A stretch of 64,000 nt of DNA from Patescibacteria group bacterium (GCA_041650915.1 JBAZKE010000002.1:80638-144637); one strand, 5' to 3'; shown: positions 7,081 through 17,210, counted from the stretch's first letter. Notes: generated by a model not told the origin, from the sequence alone. A program made the numbers and translations.

Positions 7081-8706
7081 TTACACCTCCATGAAGTTTG
7101 CGTCCGAACACCGTATCGTGATCGGCGACGACGCCTTACTGAACGTGCGCTCATGGCGCTGGACATACGTCTTGCCGGGCGGAATCCTCCAGCCGCTTTT
7201 TGACCTGGCAAGCTCATGCGCCGTTTTACTTGCCGTATATCCATCAGGGAGCCGGCGAAACCGCGCACGCATGATTCGAACCTCATCGCGCCTGGCCTGC
7301 CGGATGCACCGGACCATGGAACATCCTGGAACGGCTTCGACACTGCGCTGTTCGTCATCGGAGCCGACCACGATCGCGTGGAGCGCATAGACGATGACAC
7401 ACAGCAATACTTCGCGCAGATACCCGAGATCGGATTCGTAGGCATTCTCAAGCACGTGGTCATTGACAATGAGCTGAAAATCGACAAGCTCAGCCGGAAA
7501 CCAGCAGAGCGCATACGCGTCCTTGCGGACGCCGATCTTCAAGCCGCAGTTCGGAAACTCATGCCCGTTCGGATAAAAGGCAACGGCACGAATCCCGGAA
7601 AACCGCAGCGCGCTCAGGTCAATTTCGACCCGATCATGCCCGTCGGGCAAGAGTTCGCACTGCACGTTGTCGCGGATCTCATCGCACATGCGCCGAAAGG
7701 CGGCTCGCAAATCGTTTTGTCGGTCCACAAACCGCTCCTTAAATGCCCGGCTCTCGCGATACATCCGATCCTTGCTGGCGCGGTCAGCCGTGATGAAGTC
7801 AACCAGCGGCTGCTCGCAGTCATCAGGAATGAGAATGTGAGGCTTCTGAAAATCAAACTGCCCTGGCACTGGTTCCGCCGCAACTGCGGACTCCCCCTGC
7901 CGTTCGTCCAGCCACGCGGGGGTATAGATGGCGATGCTCCGATTGAGCGACGCGAGCAACTCGAGTATGCCCCTCAAGTAGTCATCGACATCACGATCTC
8001 CCTTGCCGGCTGCCCGAATCAGATTAACGATCCACCGCTTCGACGAAAAAGCTTCATCACACGGCAACACGGCGGCCTGTATCGTGATTCTCGCGAACAA
8101 CGGCGGCCGCTGCCCAAAATAAGCGCTTTGCTTCGCTTCCGGAAGCGAGATGCCGTGCTCGATGGTGGAGCTGATCTCGCGAAACAGAAGCTCACAGAAC
8201 CGCTTGGTGTTCTCGATTGATTCGCCGATCGCCCTGAAGATGAAACCGGACGTTGCCGAACAAACGCATACATACTCACGCGAAACATTTTCTGCCGGAG
8301 TCATCGCGACCTCCAGTAGCGACAGATCCCCCTTCGCAAGGCTGCGAAGGGCAATCTTGGAAATCAACTCAACGTAGGCTGGCGTATCAATTCGCCCGGC
8401 GAGCTTGCAGTAGCGCTTCGCGACAAAATTGAGTATCTTCCTGAAAATGGCCCTGCAATCACCTCCCGATACGCTGCCGTCGCTCGTACCGAACATAGAC
8501 TCGTAGATGCCGCCAACGGCCTGATTGGACAACTCGCCCGTGCGTCCCGACAATACTTCCGCCAGAAAATTCCCCAGGATTTGGTTCGCGCCTCCATCGG
8601 CGTGATTGGTTCCCTTCTTTTTCTTGTTCCTGTTTTTGGAGCTCAAGGCAGCCCCTCCTTTCTCTCTCGATCTATATGTATATTCTATTTTCAATGTTCC
8701 GATCAC
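7081..8706 (-). CDS. Large orphan hypothetical protein, 541 aa
   Basis: Longest ORF in the region. Followed on its own strand by a hairpin plus U-tract terminator. No recognisable motifs; no Walker A, HD or CxxC. Low-complexity Lys-rich N-terminus, so the true start may be internal. Confidence 0.5.
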   Translation of the reverse strand: MIGTLKIEYTYRSREKGGAALSSKNRNKKKKGTNHADGGANQILGNFLAEVLSGRTGELSNQAVGGIYESMFGTSDGSVSGGDCRAIFRKILNFVAKRYCKLAGRIDTPAYVELISKIALRSLAKGDLSLLEVAMTPAENVSREYVCVCSATSGFIFRAIGESIENTKRFCELLFREISSTIEHGISLPEAKQSAYFGQRPPLFARITIQAAVLPCDEAFSSKRWIVNLIRAAGKGDRDVDDYLRGILELLASLNRSIAIYTPAWLDERQGESAVAAEPVPGQFDFQKPHILIPDDCEQPLVDFITADRASKDRMYRESRAFKERFVDRQNDLRAAFRRMCDEIRDNVQCELLPDGHDRVEIDLSALRFSGIRAVAFYPNGHEFPNCGLKIGVRKDAYALCWFPAELVDFQLIVNDHVLENAYESDLGYLREVLLCVIVYALHAIVVGSDDEQRSVEAVPGCSMVRCIRQARRDEVRIMRARFRRLPDGYTASKTAHELARSKSGWRIPPGKTYVQRHERTFSKASSPITIRCSDANFMEV

Positions 8707-8775
8707 CCAACGTACCAGAAAACGGACTCCCCGTCAAGTACAATCGCATTGATTATTCAGTACTTTTTCAGTACA

Positions 8776-10266
8776 ATGAAAGCACGGAACCGTATGCGTG
8801 CAATCCAAAACCTCCTCAGAAAAAAAGAGCTCTCGTTCATCCCGAAACTCCTCAAGCGGCTGCCGAGAGCCGAGCTCTTTTTGGTTGGCGGCATCATCCG
8901 CGATACGGCGGTGAAGCGTCCGTCAAAAGACTTCGACTTCGTTATCCGCAACGTCGGGGCAGCCAAACTCCAGTCGGAGCTCAAGAAGCTTGGGTGGGTT
9001 GACCTTGTCGGAAAGCGGTTCGGCGTATTCAAGTTTATCCCACAAGGCCTCACGCTCCCTGAACCGATCGATCTGGCGCTGCCGCGTACCGAGCATGCGC
9101 TCCTGACCGGCGGATACCGCGACTTCGACGTGCAATCAGACCCCAAGCTGCCCATTGAGCAGGACCTCATGCGCCGCGATTTTACCATCAATGCGATGGC
9201 ATACGACATCAGAGAGCAAAAGCTCATTGACCGGTTCGGCGGCATGCATGACATCAAAAAAAAGCTGATCAGGACGGTTGGCAAGCCCAACGAACGCTTT
9301 ACCGAAGATTTGTCCCGTATGCTCCGCGCGCTCCGGTTTGCGTCACAGCTGCACTTTTCAATCGAAACGCAAACCTGGCGCTCGCTCAAGAAGCTCAGCG
9401 CGCGCATCAACAAGCTCATCGCCGGAGAATACGTCGTACCGCGTGAAACCGTCGCACGCGAGCTGACAAAGGCGCTCACCGCAGATCCCGTATACGCAAT
9501 CGGGCTCCTCACAAAATCCGGCATCACCGAAAAGCTCATGCCTGAACTCATGAAGATGAAAGGGTGCCGGCAGCCGCGGAACTTCCACAGCGAGGGAGAC
9601 GTGTGGAAACATACGATGATTTGCATGCAAAACCTCTACTCAAATCCGTTCAAAAAAAAATTCGGCCCCGAGCCGCCCTCACCGGAACTCATCTACGCGG
9701 CGCTGCTCCACGATATCGGCAAACCGTACACGATAGAGCGGGCTGACCGGCTGCGGTTCAACAACCATGACGCCGTGGGGGCCGAGCTCTCAAAAAAAAT
9801 CCTATCGCGCCTGAGGATATCCTCGTCGGGCGTCGATACGGACCGGATCGTATGGCTCATACGGATGCACCTCATCACCACCCACTCCAAAAAATCACCA
9901 ATGAAAAAGACGACGCTCGAAAAATACTTTTTCAACGACCAACTGCCCGGAGGAGACCTGCTAAGGCTCCTGTACGCTGACGTGCAGGCGACGATCCCGC
10001 CGAGCGGCTGCCCGGATTTTACCGAGCACCATGCGCTCGAACAGCAGATAAAAAAACTCAGCCCGGAAGCACGCCACAGGCGTTCATTGCCGCCCGTGAT
10101 CATGGACGGCAATGAGATCATGCAGCAGCTCCGCATGGAACCGGGACCGGCCGTCGGGCAGCTCAAGACGCTCCTGCGCGAAGAGCAGCTCCGCGGCGGC
10201 CTCAAGACAAAAAAACAAGCAATGGAATTCCTCAAAAAGCATGCCAACATTCGACGTTACGCCTGA
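8776..10266 (+). CDS. cca: CCA-adding enzyme / poly(A) polymerase family tRNA nucleotidyltransferase with HD domain
   Basis: N-terminal PolyA_pol head (FLVGGIIRD, DFDF) and C-terminal HD domain (LLHDIGKP). Start placed at the internal MKARNRM. Confidence 0.8.
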   Translation: MKARNRMRAIQNLLRKKELSFIPKLLKRLPRAELFLVGGIIRDTAVKRPSKDFDFVIRNVGAAKLQSELKKLGWVDLVGKRFGVFKFIPQGLTLPEPIDLALPRTEHALLTGGYRDFDVQSDPKLPIEQDLMRRDFTINAMAYDIREQKLIDRFGGMHDIKKKLIRTVGKPNERFTEDLSRMLRALRFASQLHFSIETQTWRSLKKLSARINKLIAGEYVVPRETVARELTKALTADPVYAIGLLTKSGITEKLMPELMKMKGCRQPRNFHSEGDVWKHTMICMQNLYSNPFKKKFGPEPPSPELIYAALLHDIGKPYTIERADRLRFNNHDAVGAELSKKILSRLRISSSGVDTDRIVWLIRMHLITTHSKKSPMKKTTLEKYFFNDQLPGGDLLRLLYADVQATIPPSGCPDFTEHHALEQQIKKLSPEARHRRSLPPVIMDGNEIMQQLRMEPGPAVGQLKTLLREEQLRGGLKTKKQAMEFLKKHANIRRYA

Positions 10267-11200
10267 CAATGCCAAACAACGGCTCGATAAATTCTTGACC
10301 GAGCGGCTTCCGGGGCGCTCACGCTCACAGATCCAGAAGCTGATCAAGTCGGGCGGCGTTGCCGTAAACGGAAAAACCGTGGCAGTCCACCACTTCTTGA
10401 GGGCAAAAGACTCCGTGAGCATTGATGATGCGAAGGTGCGCGAAGCAGCCGGCGGCGGTTTCATGAAAAAATTACTGCAACGGCAGCTGGCGCCGGAACT
10501 GGCGATTGTCCACGACGCTGGGGACTTCTGCGTGGTTAATAAGCCGGCCGGGCTGCTCGTCCATGAAGCGCCGGGCGATACAGGCACGACGCTTGTCGAC
10601 CTGATCCTGAAAAAATTCCCTTCGGTAAAAAAAGTCGGGGAAGACCCGATGCGCCCCGGCATCGTGCACCGACTTGATAAGGAGGTGTCCGGTCTCCTCG
10701 TCATCGCGAAAACGCAAAATATGTTTGACCACCTTAAAAACCAGTTCAAGCAGCGGAAGGTGGCGAAGGAGTACACCGCGCTCGTCCACGGCGCGCCCCA
10801 GCGGCACGGCGGCGAGATTACGTTTAACATTGACCGGAGCGAAACCGCAGGCCACAAGATGGCTGCGGTGCCGATAACAGGCTCAGACAACCGCGGCAAA
10901 CGTGCGGTAACTCAATTTGAAACTATTGAAAAAATTGGCAACTTCACGTTGCTCAAGATCATGCCAAAGACGGGCCGGACGCACCAAATCCGCGTCCACC
11001 TCAACGCGTATGGGCTGCCGATCGTCGGCGACCTTACGTACCGGCCGAAGAAGGTCATCTCAAAAATCGAAATGAAGCGCATCTTCCTGCACGCGAACCA
11101 CCTCGAATTCAACGACGTGAACGGGATCCGCCGGTCCTTTGATGCGCCGCTGCCCGATGAACTGGCGACCGTACTGTCACGGCTTAAAAGCCAGAGTTGA
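10241..11200 (+). CDS. rluD: RluA/RluD-family pseudouridine synthase
   Basis: S4 domain at the N-terminus; catalytic HRLDKEVSGLLV motif; TGRTHQIRVHL. Confidence 0.8.
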   Translation: MPTFDVTPDNAKQRLDKFLTERLPGRSRSQIQKLIKSGGVAVNGKTVAVHHFLRAKDSVSIDDAKVREAAGGGFMKKLLQRQLAPELAIVHDAGDFCVVNKPAGLLVHEAPGDTGTTLVDLILKKFPSVKKVGEDPMRPGIVHRLDKEVSGLLVIAKTQNMFDHLKNQFKQRKVAKEYTALVHGAPQRHGGEITFNIDRSETAGHKMAAVPITGSDNRGKRAVTQFETIEKIGNFTLLKIMPKTGRTHQIRVHLNAYGLPIVGDLTYRPKKVISKIEMKRIFLHANHLEFNDVNGIRRSFDAPLPDELATVLSRLKSQS

Positions 11201-11246
11201 CAGCTCGCATGAAAATCGCTATGCTGATGAAGCTAACTATTTCTAA

Positions 11247-11600
11247 TTGACGAATAAAGCAATGACAATCGCACACGAACTCAACAAATCGAAGCTCAAG
11301 AGCGGCATACCGGATATCCGGCCGGGTAATACGGTCATCGTACACCAGAAGATTCAGGAGGGTAAAAAAGAGCGCATCCAGAAATTCGAAGGGATTGTAA
11401 TCGCCCACAAGGGCGGCGGCGGCCTCGCGAGCACCATTACCGTTCGCAAATTATCGATGGGAATCGGCGTTGAAAAAATTTTTCCCCTGCACTCTCCGAC
11501 CATTACAAAAATAGAGGTTATTAAAAAAGCGAAGGTCAGGCGCTCAAAGCTGTACTACCTCCGCGGGTACAAGAAGAAGCTCGAAGAAACCGCAGTCTAA
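11247..11600 (+). CDS. rplS: 50S ribosomal protein L19
   Basis: [30 protein letters not shown]...ITVRK...[11 protein letters not shown]...KLYYLRG aligns with L19. Confidence 0.9.
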   Translation: MTNKAMTIAHELNKSKLKSGIPDIRPGNTVIVHQKIQEGKKERIQKFEGIVIAHKGGGGLASTITVRKLSMGIGVEKIFPLHSPTITKIEVIKKAKVRRSKLYYLRGYKKKLEETAV

Positions 11601-11620
11601 AACCTCACCATTCAATGCAT

Positions 11621-11706
11621 GCCCAGGTGGTGGAATTGGTATACACACTAGGTTGAGGGCCTAGGCACATTTGTGCGTGCGGGTTCAACTCCCGCCCTGG
11701 GCACCA
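11621..11706 (+). tRNA. tRNA-Leu (anticodon GAG), long variable arm, CCA encoded
   Basis: Acceptor GCCCAGG/CCTGGGC, anticodon arm CTAGG-TTGAGGG-CCTAG, variable arm GCACAtttTGTGC, T arm GCGGG-TTCAACT-CCCGC. Confidence 0.85.
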
Positions 11707-11707
11707 T

Positions 11708-11783
11708 GGTGGCTATAGCACAATGGTTCGTGCACCGGTCTGTGGCACCGGCAATGAGGGTTCGATTCCCTCTAGCCACCCCA
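11708..11783 (+). tRNA. tRNA-His (anticodon GTG) with G-1, CCA encoded
   Basis: G-1 plus acceptor GTGGCTA/TAGCCAC, anticodon arm CCGGT-CTGTGGC-ACCGG, T arm GAGGG-TTCGATT-CCCTC, discriminator C. Confidence 0.85.
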
Positions 11784-11837
11784 GAAAAAGTTACGACACC
11801 CCTTGCGGGTGGCGGAACTTTTTTTGATATAACTTGA

Positions 11838-11970
11838 AGAGGGAATCGAACGGGCAGAAGCGACCCTGAACTTGATTCAGGGGAGCGCCGGCGAATGCAA
11901 GCTGGCGCAGCATTCGGCGCTGCCCAGGACAAGGCTCCGCAGGAGCCGCGATAATCCCCCGAGCCGCCCT
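11838..11970 (+). repeat. tRNA-linked structured element, copy 2
   Basis: GGGAATCGAACGGGCAGAAGCGACCC-[hairpin 1]-GGGGAGCGCCG-[27-nt hairpin 2]-CGCTGCCCAGGACA, then hairpin GGCTCC-gca-GGAGCC and a tRNA-3'-end-like tail GATAATCCCCCGAGCCGCCC. Lies 55 nt after tRNA-His. Confidence 0.6.
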
Positions 11971-12143
11971 AGAAAAATTTTCAGCACCTACGCGCGGATA
12001 AAAAACTTTTTATTGTGTGCTCATCACGCCGGCAAAGCATAAAACTCCCGTCCTGCTAAAGGAAGATTGGAATTTACCAACACATCAATGCATAACCGCA
12101 TGTATTCTGATATACTTACCGTATCCCTGTAAATATAATTCTT

Positions 12144-14705
12144 ATGGATTTCTCCTCCTACGCCACCAAAACGGTTACTAAGACCGCCGCTGAACTGACA
12201 ACGTCCATCCGCGGCCTGGCGAACGATGAAACCCTACGGCGGCGCCAACAGTACGGCTTTAACGAAATCGCGAGCGCAGAGCCCATGTGGTGGCACATAC
12301 TCCGGCGCCAGTTTACCTCACCCTTCATCTATCTGCTTATCGGCGCTGCGCTCCTCTCGTTCTTTCTTGACGAGGCAATCAATGGCATCTTGATCCTCTT
12401 GTTCGTGCTCCTGAATGCCGGACTCGGGTTTTACCAGGAGTATCATTCAGAAAAAACGCTCAAGCTCCTCAAACAATATGTAACGCTAAAAGTCAAAGTG
12501 AGGCGCGAGGGAGCGGAAGCGGTTGTGCTGAGCCGGGAACTAGTCCCCGGCGATGTTATCATCGTTGAGGCGGGCGATATTATCCCGGCTGATATTCGAT
12601 TTTTTAAGGACAACGACCTTCTTATCAATGAATCCGTGCTAACGGGCGAATCAATCCACGTATCCAAGTCCAGCGAACCTCTCAACAAGCCGATACGTGA
12701 ACTGTATAAGGCTTCAAATATCGGCTTTTCCGGCACCACGGTTGCTAGCGGGCGAGGTGAAGGGTACGTGTTTGCAATCGGCCGCGAAACGGCGATGGGC
12801 GCCATCTCACGCCTGAGTACGGAAACGGTACGCACAAGCACGTTTGAAAAAGGCATCCGTAAGGTCAGCTCGTTTATACTGCGGCTTATCCTGGTCACGC
12901 TCGTATTTGTCTTTATCGCCAATATCGCGATCAAGGGGGGAAGCGCAAACGTAATCGAAATGGTAGTCTTCTCGGTTGCGCTGGCAGTCAGCGTCATTCC
13001 CGAGGCGCTCCCGATCGTGACGACATTCTCGCTATCCCGCGGCGCCCTGCACCTGGCGAAAAATAAGGTTGTCGTAAAGCGGCTTTCCGCGATCGAAGAC
13101 CTCGGCGGCATCGAAGTGCTCTGCAGCGATAAAACCGGCACCCTGACTGAAAACAAACTCAAGGTCGAACGGGTAAAGACCCCCGACCCTCATGCGGGCG
13201 GCGAACGAAGCGCAATACGCTATGCAAGCCTAGCCTCGGAATTCTTTACAGAAAAACTGACAGGAAAAAACCCAAATAATGCATTCGATCTCGCGCTCCT
13301 CAATGAGCTGTCAGCCGAAGAAAAAAAATCCCTCAATGCGTATGCAATGGTCAATGAGGTGCCATTTGATCCGCAACGCCGACGAAATAGCGTCCTCGTC
13401 CAGCGCAATGACGCGCATGAGCTCATCGTGCGAGGCGCTCCGGAAGCGGTGCTGCCGTACTGCGCAGGCCTGAGTGCGCAACAGACGGGTGAATTCAACG
13501 CATGGATCGCCAATGAGGGGGCGGCTGGCTGCCGCGTACTTGCAATCGCACATAAAAAATTCGGCGCCCAACACGAATATACTACAAATCAGGAAGAAAG
13601 GGGGCTTTCACTGGATGGAATCATATCTTTTGCCGATCCGATTAAGGAAAGTACAAAGCAAACCATTACGCGGGCGCTGCGGCTTGGCGTCCAATTAAAA
13701 ATATTGACGGGGGACAGCAAGGAGGTCGCCGGTGCAGTCGCCCAAAAAGTCGGACTTATCACCGATCCGAAAGATGTCATAACCGGCGACCAGTTCCAAG
13801 CAATGCCTGATCTGCGCCAGCAAAAAGCAGTAGGCCAACACGCGGTTTTTGCGCGCATCTCGCCGGAGCAAAAATTCCGCATCATTGAGCTTCTCAAGCA
13901 AAAATTCGAGGTCGGGTTCCTCGGGGAGGGCATCAATGACGCGCCCGCTCTCAAATCCGCCAATGTCGGCCTGGTTGTCCAAGGCGCGTCGGACATCGCG
14001 CGCGAAGCTTCAGACGTTATCCTGCTTGAAAAGAGCCTCGGGGTCATCATCGACGGAATCACCGAGGGGCGAAAAGTTTTTGCGAACACGATTAAATATA
14101 TCAAGGCAACGCTCGCTTCAAATTTCGGCAATTTTTTTGCTGTCGCGATCGCCTCGCTCCTCATCGATTTCCTGCCGATGCTGCCGCTCCAGATTCTGCT
14201 CCTCAACCTCCTGTCCGATTTTCCCATGATAGCGATCGCTGCGGATACTGTTGATACGAATGAGCTCAAGAAACCTCGGAATTACAACATTCGTGAAATC
14301 GCGCTTCTTGCGCTCGTCCTGGGAATCGTCAGTACCGTGTTCGACTTTATTTTCTTCGCAATATTTTACCGGATCGGGCCGTCAGTGCTCCAGACCAACT
14401 GGTTTATTGGAAGCATCCTTACGGAGCTTGCTTTGCTTTTCTCTATTCGGACAAAATTCTTCTGCCTCCGCGCCCGCCGCCCGGCACGACCGCTCCTCTG
14501 GCTGTCAGTTGTGGCAGCCGTGGTCGCTATCGCGTTGCCGGCAACCGGAATCGGACAATCCCTCTTCAAATTCACCGCGCCGCACATGCATGACATTCTC
14601 CTCATTGTCGGAATTGTCGTCTGCTATTTCGTCATTACCGAAACCGTAAAATTATTCTACTACCGGACATTTGAGCCGAAAAATGCGCAGTTGAAGCGCG
14701 CCTGA
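12144..14705 (+). CDS. Cation-transporting P-type ATPase (P2/P3-type, Ca2+/Mg2+-like)
   Basis: Phosphorylation motif CSDKTGTLT, hinge GEGINDAPALKSANVG and TGDSKEVA; 10 TM; 853 aa. Confidence 0.85.
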   Translation: MDFSSYATKTVTKTAAELTTSIRGLANDETLRRRQQYGFNEIASAEPMWWHILRRQFTSPFIYLLIGAALLSFFLDEAINGILILLFVLLNAGLGFYQEYHSEKTLKLLKQYVTLKVKVRREGAEAVVLSRELVPGDVIIVEAGDIIPADIRFFKDNDLLINESVLTGESIHVSKSSEPLNKPIRELYKASNIGFSGTTVASGRGEGYVFAIGRETAMGAISRLSTETVRTSTFEKGIRKVSSFILRLILVTLVFVFIANIAIKGGSANVIEMVVFSVALAVSVIPEALPIVTTFSLSRGALHLAKNKVVVKRLSAIEDLGGIEVLCSDKTGTLTENKLKVERVKTPDPHAGGERSAIRYASLASEFFTEKLTGKNPNNAFDLALLNELSAEEKKSLNAYAMVNEVPFDPQRRRNSVLVQRNDAHELIVRGAPEAVLPYCAGLSAQQTGEFNAWIANEGAAGCRVLAIAHKKFGAQHEYTTNQEERGLSLDGIISFADPIKESTKQTITRALRLGVQLKILTGDSKEVAGAVAQKVGLITDPKDVITGDQFQAMPDLRQQKAVGQHAVFARISPEQKFRIIELLKQKFEVGFLGEGINDAPALKSANVGLVVQGASDIAREASDVILLEKSLGVIIDGITEGRKVFANTIKYIKATLASNFGNFFAVAIASLLIDFLPMLPLQILLLNLLSDFPMIAIAADTVDTNELKKPRNYNIREIALLALVLGIVSTVFDFIFFAIFYRIGPSVLQTNWFIGSILTELALLFSIRTKFFCLRARRPARPLLWLSVVAAVVAIALPATGIGQSLFKFTAPHMHDILLIVGIVVCYFVITETVKLFYYRTFEPKNAQLKRA

Positions 14706-14892
14706 TGTGCTTCGTCGCTAAACAAAACCGGCATGGACTTACATCATCAATAACCTCCATAAGCTTTGTTCAATCAAATTTCCGACTGCGATCGTAAAAA
14801 AATTCAGCCCCTCAAGCGGGGATAGAATGTTTTACTATTGGGGACATGCACATCCCTGCTCCGCTATTCCGCCTATACCAAAAGGCGCCTGC

Positions 14893-14925
14893 CACTGTGG
14901 CCTGCGCCTTTTCGTTTATAATTCA
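14893..14925. terminator. Hairpin terminator downstream of cspA (possibly bidirectional)
   Basis: aaaaGGCGCctGCCACtGTGGCctGCGCCtttt: imperfect GC-rich hairpin flanked by A and T runs. Confidence 0.4.
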
Positions 14926-14933
14926 GGGTTGAA

Positions 14934-15131
14934 CTATGCTTTGCTGACCTTGACCGCTGCGGGGCCCTTGGGCGTGTCCGAGATCTCGAACGTGACTGCA
15001 TCACCCTCTTGGAGCTCGCTGAACGTGACTCCCTGGAGCTCATTGGCGTGGAAGAACAGGTCTTTCGCCTGGCCCTCAGCCGAGATGAACCCGAAGTTCT
15101 TGTCGGTCAACTTTTTGATCGTTCCTTGCAT
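14934..15131 (-). CDS. cspA: Cold-shock protein (CspA family)
   Basis: MQGTIKKLTDKNFGFISAEGQAKDLFFHANEL... carries the RNP1/RNP2 motifs of the cold-shock domain; 65 aa; long 5' UTR. Confidence 0.9.
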   Translation of the reverse strand: MQGTIKKLTDKNFGFISAEGQAKDLFFHANELQGVTFSELQEGDAVTFEISDTPKGPAAVKVSKA

Positions 15132-15440
15132 GTGTGTAGAAATAAAATTGAATTAGATAATATAGTAATTTCGAAATTCGACTTTATTTCTATACTTACT
15201 ATACGCTGTGGACAAGCCAGCGATAATTTTAAAATCAAACTATCAGCTGGATTGTTCACGGGCATGGTATCACTCTTCTAAAACTTTGTCAAGGATACGT
15301 TCTGAAGAGATAGGAGTGGGTGGTGTAATTTTTTTATCATTGGATTGCTGAACAAGCTCGCACATGACCCTGCCGCAGCCGCGCCAAAAAACTTGATTTT
15401 TTTCCTGGAGTATTGTACGATTGGATAATCACAAAAACCT

Positions 15441-16505
15441 TTGCTAAAGGCCTGCGAATCCAGCGGTCTTTTTTTACGGCAGGATGTGACAGATAAAAAT
15501 ATGAAACCAATTCCACGGACAGAACTCAACTGCGTCGGAGCGCTCCGCAGAGCGGCAGAGAAACTTGGCGTTGAGGTAGAAACGATTGATCGCGATGCCG
15601 GACTGCAGCTTTTTAAATACGGCACGGAAAGTTTTTTTGTACAGCGGCATATTCCGGATCTCAACACGTTTGTCCCCTCGAAAATAGTCAGCGATAAATA
15701 CCTAGCGAAAACAATCCTGGTGCAAGCAGGCATTCCCACTCCGCGCGGATTTAAATTCACAAATCTCCAAAAAGCCATCAAGCTGCTCGAAAACGGTACG
15801 ATTAAATTTCCGCTCGTCGTGAAACCCATCGAGGGGAGCGAAGGCGAGGCGGTCACGGTCGACATCACTAAACGGGAATGGTTCGTCACGGCAATCCAAG
15901 AGGTTTTTAAGTACAACCGGAGGAAAACCGGAAAGCCGGGCACCTTCTTGGTTGAAGACTACATTGCCGGCAATGATTACCGCTTCTTGGTGCTCGACGG
16001 CAAACTCCTGGCGGTCCTGATGCGCAAGCCGGCGTACGTTATCGGTGACGGAGTACACACGATCTCGGAGCTCATCGCTGAATATAATGGTCAGCCGGGG
16101 GTCGCGAAAGACCAGCCGCTCTGCCCCATTGTCAAAGATTTTGAGCTCAAGCGGAACCTGCTGAGCCTGAACCTGTCCCTCACAACGGTCGTGCCTCCGG
16201 GGAAGCAAGTATTCCTGAGAAAAAATTCTAACGTCAGCACCGGCGGCCGGTCGTTTGAATGCTACGAAAAAGCGGCTGCAGATTATAAAAAACTTGCGTT
16301 AAAAATCGCTCCCCTGTTCCGCCTCCGCTTTTACGCAGTTGATCTCATTGCAAAAGACATTAGCGAGTATAAAAATTTTGCAATCATCGAAATAAACAAT
16401 TCCCCCGGCTTTGACATACATGAAGCGCCGTACCGGGGGAAGTCCTTCCCGGTTGCGGAACACTTGGTGCGAGCCATGTTCAGGAAGAGCATGGGGCAGA
16501 AGTAG
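15441..16505 (+). CDS. ATP-grasp domain protein (RimK/cyanophycin-synthetase-like)
   Basis: ATP-grasp fold features: KYLAKTILVQAGIPTPRG, FPLVVKP..GSEG, EDYIAGNDYRFLVLDGKLLAV, IIEINNSPGF. True start may be the internal Met at 15501. Confidence 0.6.
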   Translation: MLKACESSGLFLRQDVTDKNMKPIPRTELNCVGALRRAAEKLGVEVETIDRDAGLQLFKYGTESFFVQRHIPDLNTFVPSKIVSDKYLAKTILVQAGIPTPRGFKFTNLQKAIKLLENGTIKFPLVVKPIEGSEGEAVTVDITKREWFVTAIQEVFKYNRRKTGKPGTFLVEDYIAGNDYRFLVLDGKLLAVLMRKPAYVIGDGVHTISELIAEYNGQPGVAKDQPLCPIVKDFELKRNLLSLNLSLTTVVPPGKQVFLRKNSNVSTGGRSFECYEKAAADYKKLALKIAPLFRLRFYAVDLIAKDISEYKNFAIIEINNSPGFDIHEAPYRGKSFPVAEHLVRAMFRKSMGQK

Positions 16506-16559
16506 GGGCGGGCATCCGTAAGGAAGCATCGGCTGCTCGGTGGAGATAAAAATATTTTT

Positions 16560-17210
16560 TTGCGCATGGGGGTTGAACGAGGAAAATTGCACCGCAAGCC
16601 AATGGGCAATAAAAAAATTAAGGGGATCGGCTTTGACTATTCTGGGGTTGTCGCCGGCATATCGGGCGCCCAGTTGTCCAATGCCATGTGCGAAATATTG
16701 AATGTGGCGTCCGAAGAATATAAGCGCCACTACTATAGCATCAACCACATTTTGAATACCGGGCACGTGAACCGTGACGATTTTTGGAAATTATTGCTCA
16801 AAAGACTCGGCAAAACCGACAAGCATGCGGAAGTCATACAATACCTTGACCGCATCCCTGCCCATAAAATAAATGAGGGGGTATTACATGTTGTACGCGG
16901 ATTACAATTGAGGGGATATAAGCTGGGATTACTCAGCAATTGTAATTATACGCAGGCCAAAAACATCAAAGAAAAACTTGCTGGGCATTTTGATGCGGTG
17001 GTCCTGTCAAGTGAAATAGGATTTATGAAACCATCGGTTGAAGCATACAATATTTTTTTTCATGCCTTGGGGGTTGAACCCTCGCAAGCTGTTTTTATCG
17101 ACGACGCGGAGCAGAATTTAATACCCTCAGATGAATTGGGATTCAAGCCCATTCTATTCACCGGCGTTGAATCGCTGCAAAAAGCTCTGGCAGATTTTGG
17201 CATTTGTTGA
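16560..17210 (+). CDS. HAD-superfamily hydrolase-like protein
   Basis: Motif I region GIGFDYSGVV (Ser in place of the second Asp), motif II LLSN, motif IV FIDDAEQN. Start uncertain (16560 or 16602). Confidence 0.5.
   Translation: MRMGVERGKLHRKPMGNKKIKGIGFDYSGVVAGISGAQLSNAMCEILNVASEEYKRHYYSINHILNTGHVNRDDFWKLLLKRLGKTDKHAEVIQYLDRIPAHKINEGVLHVVRGLQLRGYKLGLLSNCNYTQAKNIKEKLAGHFDAVVLSSEIGFMKPSVEAYNIFFHALGVEPSQAVFIDDAEQNLIPSDELGFKPILFTGVESLQKALADFGIC

Noticed and set aside
7216-8220. 334-aa ORF on the + strand, antisense to the 541-aa gene
   Set aside because: Arg-rich and low-complexity, as expected for antisense frames in a 58% GC genome. The minus-strand ORF is longer and has a matching hairpin plus U-tract terminator. 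Kept the minus-strand call, but strand confirmation is advisable.
8757-9626. Long antisense ORFs overlapping cca, rluD, the P-type ATPase, ABC transporter and others (for example 8757..9626, 10084..10899, 12443..13162, 13589..14269, 17757..18374, 28893..29756)
   Set aside because: The sense strands carry strongly recognisable proteins. The antisense translations are Arg/Ser/Pro-rich with no motifs. These are typical GC-rich shadow ORFs.
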